A program made the position numbers and the translations under genes. The notes beneath the pieces were generated by a model. It ran no database searches. It saw nothing but the letters and a program-made list of their open reading frames with translations, and was not told where the DNA came from. Below, in pieces: positions 24,818 through 26,191 of a DNA stretch of 26,191 nt (its first letter is position 1; each line of letters begins with the position of its first letter). The stretch is from positions 1-26,191 of the IMG/VR virus record IMGVR_UViG_3300037424_001025. One strand, 5' to 3'. This DNA comes from a virus (taxonomy: Duplodnaviria; Caudoviricetes).

Positions 24818-25599
24818 GGGCTCACCGCCTCGGGCTCGAGCACGCGCTCGACCTCGTCAGCGGCGCGCCGGAGACGCTCGACAGTGCGCGCCAGGTCCTC
24901 GCGCGCACGCTCACCACGAGTGCGGTCGGCGATCACGGCGGCGACGGCGTCACGCAGGTCCTCGAGCGACGTGAACCCGAACCGCTCATGCCCCGGCCGT
25001 CCCGACACGTGCAGGCCGGTGACTCGCTCGAACTCGCACACCCGGGCGACGAGCTCGTCGTGGTACGCCCGGTTCACGCCACCATCGGCGCCACGTCGGC
25101 GTGCCTCCTCAGCACCCCGGTCGTACCCGCGCGCTTCGGCACGTTGCAGCGCACCGAACCCGGCGTCCTGCGCGGCTCGCAGCACCCCGATCATCGTCGG
25201 CCACGACAACGGCTCCCGCTCGTGCTTCGGGGCCTGCACCACCACCCGAGCGACGAACTCGTCGCTCACACCGAGCAGACCCCACGTCTCGGGCAACACC
25301 GGCGCGATCTTCTCCGCTACCTTCGCCGGCGCCGCGACCCAGAACCGATCCGCGTGGCGCCACCAGAAATCGGCCTTCACCGGGTTGTCCAGCTCGCGTT
25401 TCCAGTCCGACGTCGACACCTTCACCTCGACCGCGTCGAGGGAGAACCCGCGCGACGCCCAGCACGACACGACAAGCAGGTCGATCTTGCGACCCATCCG
25501 CGACGCATCAGCCGGGGCTTCCTCGATCGCGACGTACTCCCCTGCCGGCCACCGCTTGTGCAACGCCTCGAGCACCTGCTTCGCCGTCAGCGTGGTCAC
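24814..25599 (-). CDS. MmcB-like PD-(D/E)XK nuclease-fold protein
   Basis: RKIDLLVVSCWASRG..LDAVEVKVSTSDWKREL.NP.K....RHADRFWVAAP...LPETWGLL. GTG start at 25599. Confidence 0.8.
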   Translation of the reverse strand: MTTLTAKQVLEALHKRWPAGEYVAIEEAPADASRMGRKIDLLVVSCWASRGFSLDAVEVKVSTSDWKRELDNPVKADFWWRHADRFWVAAPAKVAEKIAPVLPETWGLLGVSDEFVARVVVQAPKHEREPLSWPTMIGVLRAAQDAGFGALQRAEARGYDRGAEEARRRGADGGVNRAYHDELVARVCEFERVTGLHVSGRPGHERFGFTSLEDLRDAVAAVIADRTRGERAREDLARTVERLRRAADEVERVLEPEAVSP

Positions 25600-25679
25600 G
25601 GCACGACCTCGAGCCAGCTTTCGCCGTACACGGTGTCGGTGTGCGTACCGTCCCATCGCACACGGTCACCCGGCTGCAT
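25596..25679 (-). CDS. Mini-ORF (27 aa)
   Basis: MQPGDRVRWDGTHTDTVYGESWLEVVP. Strong RBS GAGGAGGT. Stop overlaps the next GTG. Confidence 0.55.
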   Translation of the reverse strand: MQPGDRVRWDGTHTDTVYGESWLEVVP

Positions 25680-25731
25680 GCTGCACCTCCTCGTCGTCGA
25701 CCAGCTCGTCGAGGCCGAGGTAGCGGCTCAT
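25666..25731 (-). CDS. Mini-ORF (21 aa)
   Basis: MSRYLGLDELVDDEEVQHAAG. ATGA overlap and GC3-rich codons. Confidence 0.5.
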   Translation of the reverse strand: MSRYLGLDELVDDEEVQHAAG

Positions 25732-25916
25732 CCGACCCCTCGACCGGCGACGTGATCCTCGTAGTCGCGCATCGCCAACTTCTCGCTCGGCGAGCGCCAC
25801 CGGCAGGACCACCCGCACGACACGCAGTGCGGACGGTGCACCGTCCGCTTGCCGGTCGGCAGCGACTGGTCGGGGATCTTCGACGGGACCAGCTTCGGCT
25901 CGTGGTCGGTGGTCAC
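25728..25916 (-). CDS. Small Zn-finger-like protein (62 aa)
   Basis: MTTDHEPK...HCVSCGW...H. GTGA overlap. Confidence 0.65.
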   Translation of the reverse strand: MTTDHEPKLVPSKIPDQSLPTGKRTVHRPHCVSCGWSCRWRSPSEKLAMRDYEDHVAGRGVG

Positions 25917-25965
25917 GCTGCGACCTTCCAGTCGGCGCCCCGGGTCCACTCGATGTCGGTGGCCA

Positions 25966-25966
<1 letters not shown>
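25913..25966 (-). CDS. Mini-ORF (17 aa)
   Basis: MATDIEWTRGADWKVAA, with TGATG and GTGA overlaps. Confidence 0.45.

Positions 25967-26191
<225 letters not shown>

Overview
High-GC (roughly 70%, by eye), actinobacteriophage-like siphovirus or prophage segment with essentially all real genes on the minus strand. In transcription order (right to left): (1) a chain of translationally coupled small accessory ORFs, including an MmcB-like nuclease, Zn-finger proteins and several 17-30 aa mini-genes; (2) a promoter driving an atypical tRNA-Gly(TCC), a degenerate HNH, an amino-methyltransferase-like/GNAT-like fusion, a ParB/Srx-like protein and the terminase small and large subunits; (3) an insert between terL and portal with a pseudoknotted ncRNA candidate, an initiator-type tRNA-Met, a parS-like site and a DUF2958 gene joined by deletion to the 3' half of an intein-containing C5 methyltransferase; (4) HK97-type portal-MuF fusion, protease and capsid; (5) a 6 kb glycosylation cluster (four glycosyltransferases, epimerase, methyltransferase, CxxCxxCC protein, beta-clamp-like protein); (6) head-tail joining, terminator and tail tube genes. 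The best candidate for a new system is the tRNA-Gly. It keeps GlyRS identity elements but has the GUGC T-loop and no D-loop GG, as in non-ribosomal glycyl-donor tRNAs. It is co-transcribed with a putative DNA-modifying enzyme, ParB and terminase, suggesting tRNA-dependent DNA hypermodification linked to packaging. A repeated palindromic box at four structural-gene promoters and a conserved start-occluding leader on the capsid and tail-tube mRNAs are also visible. All family assignments come from motif recognition by eye, not database searches.
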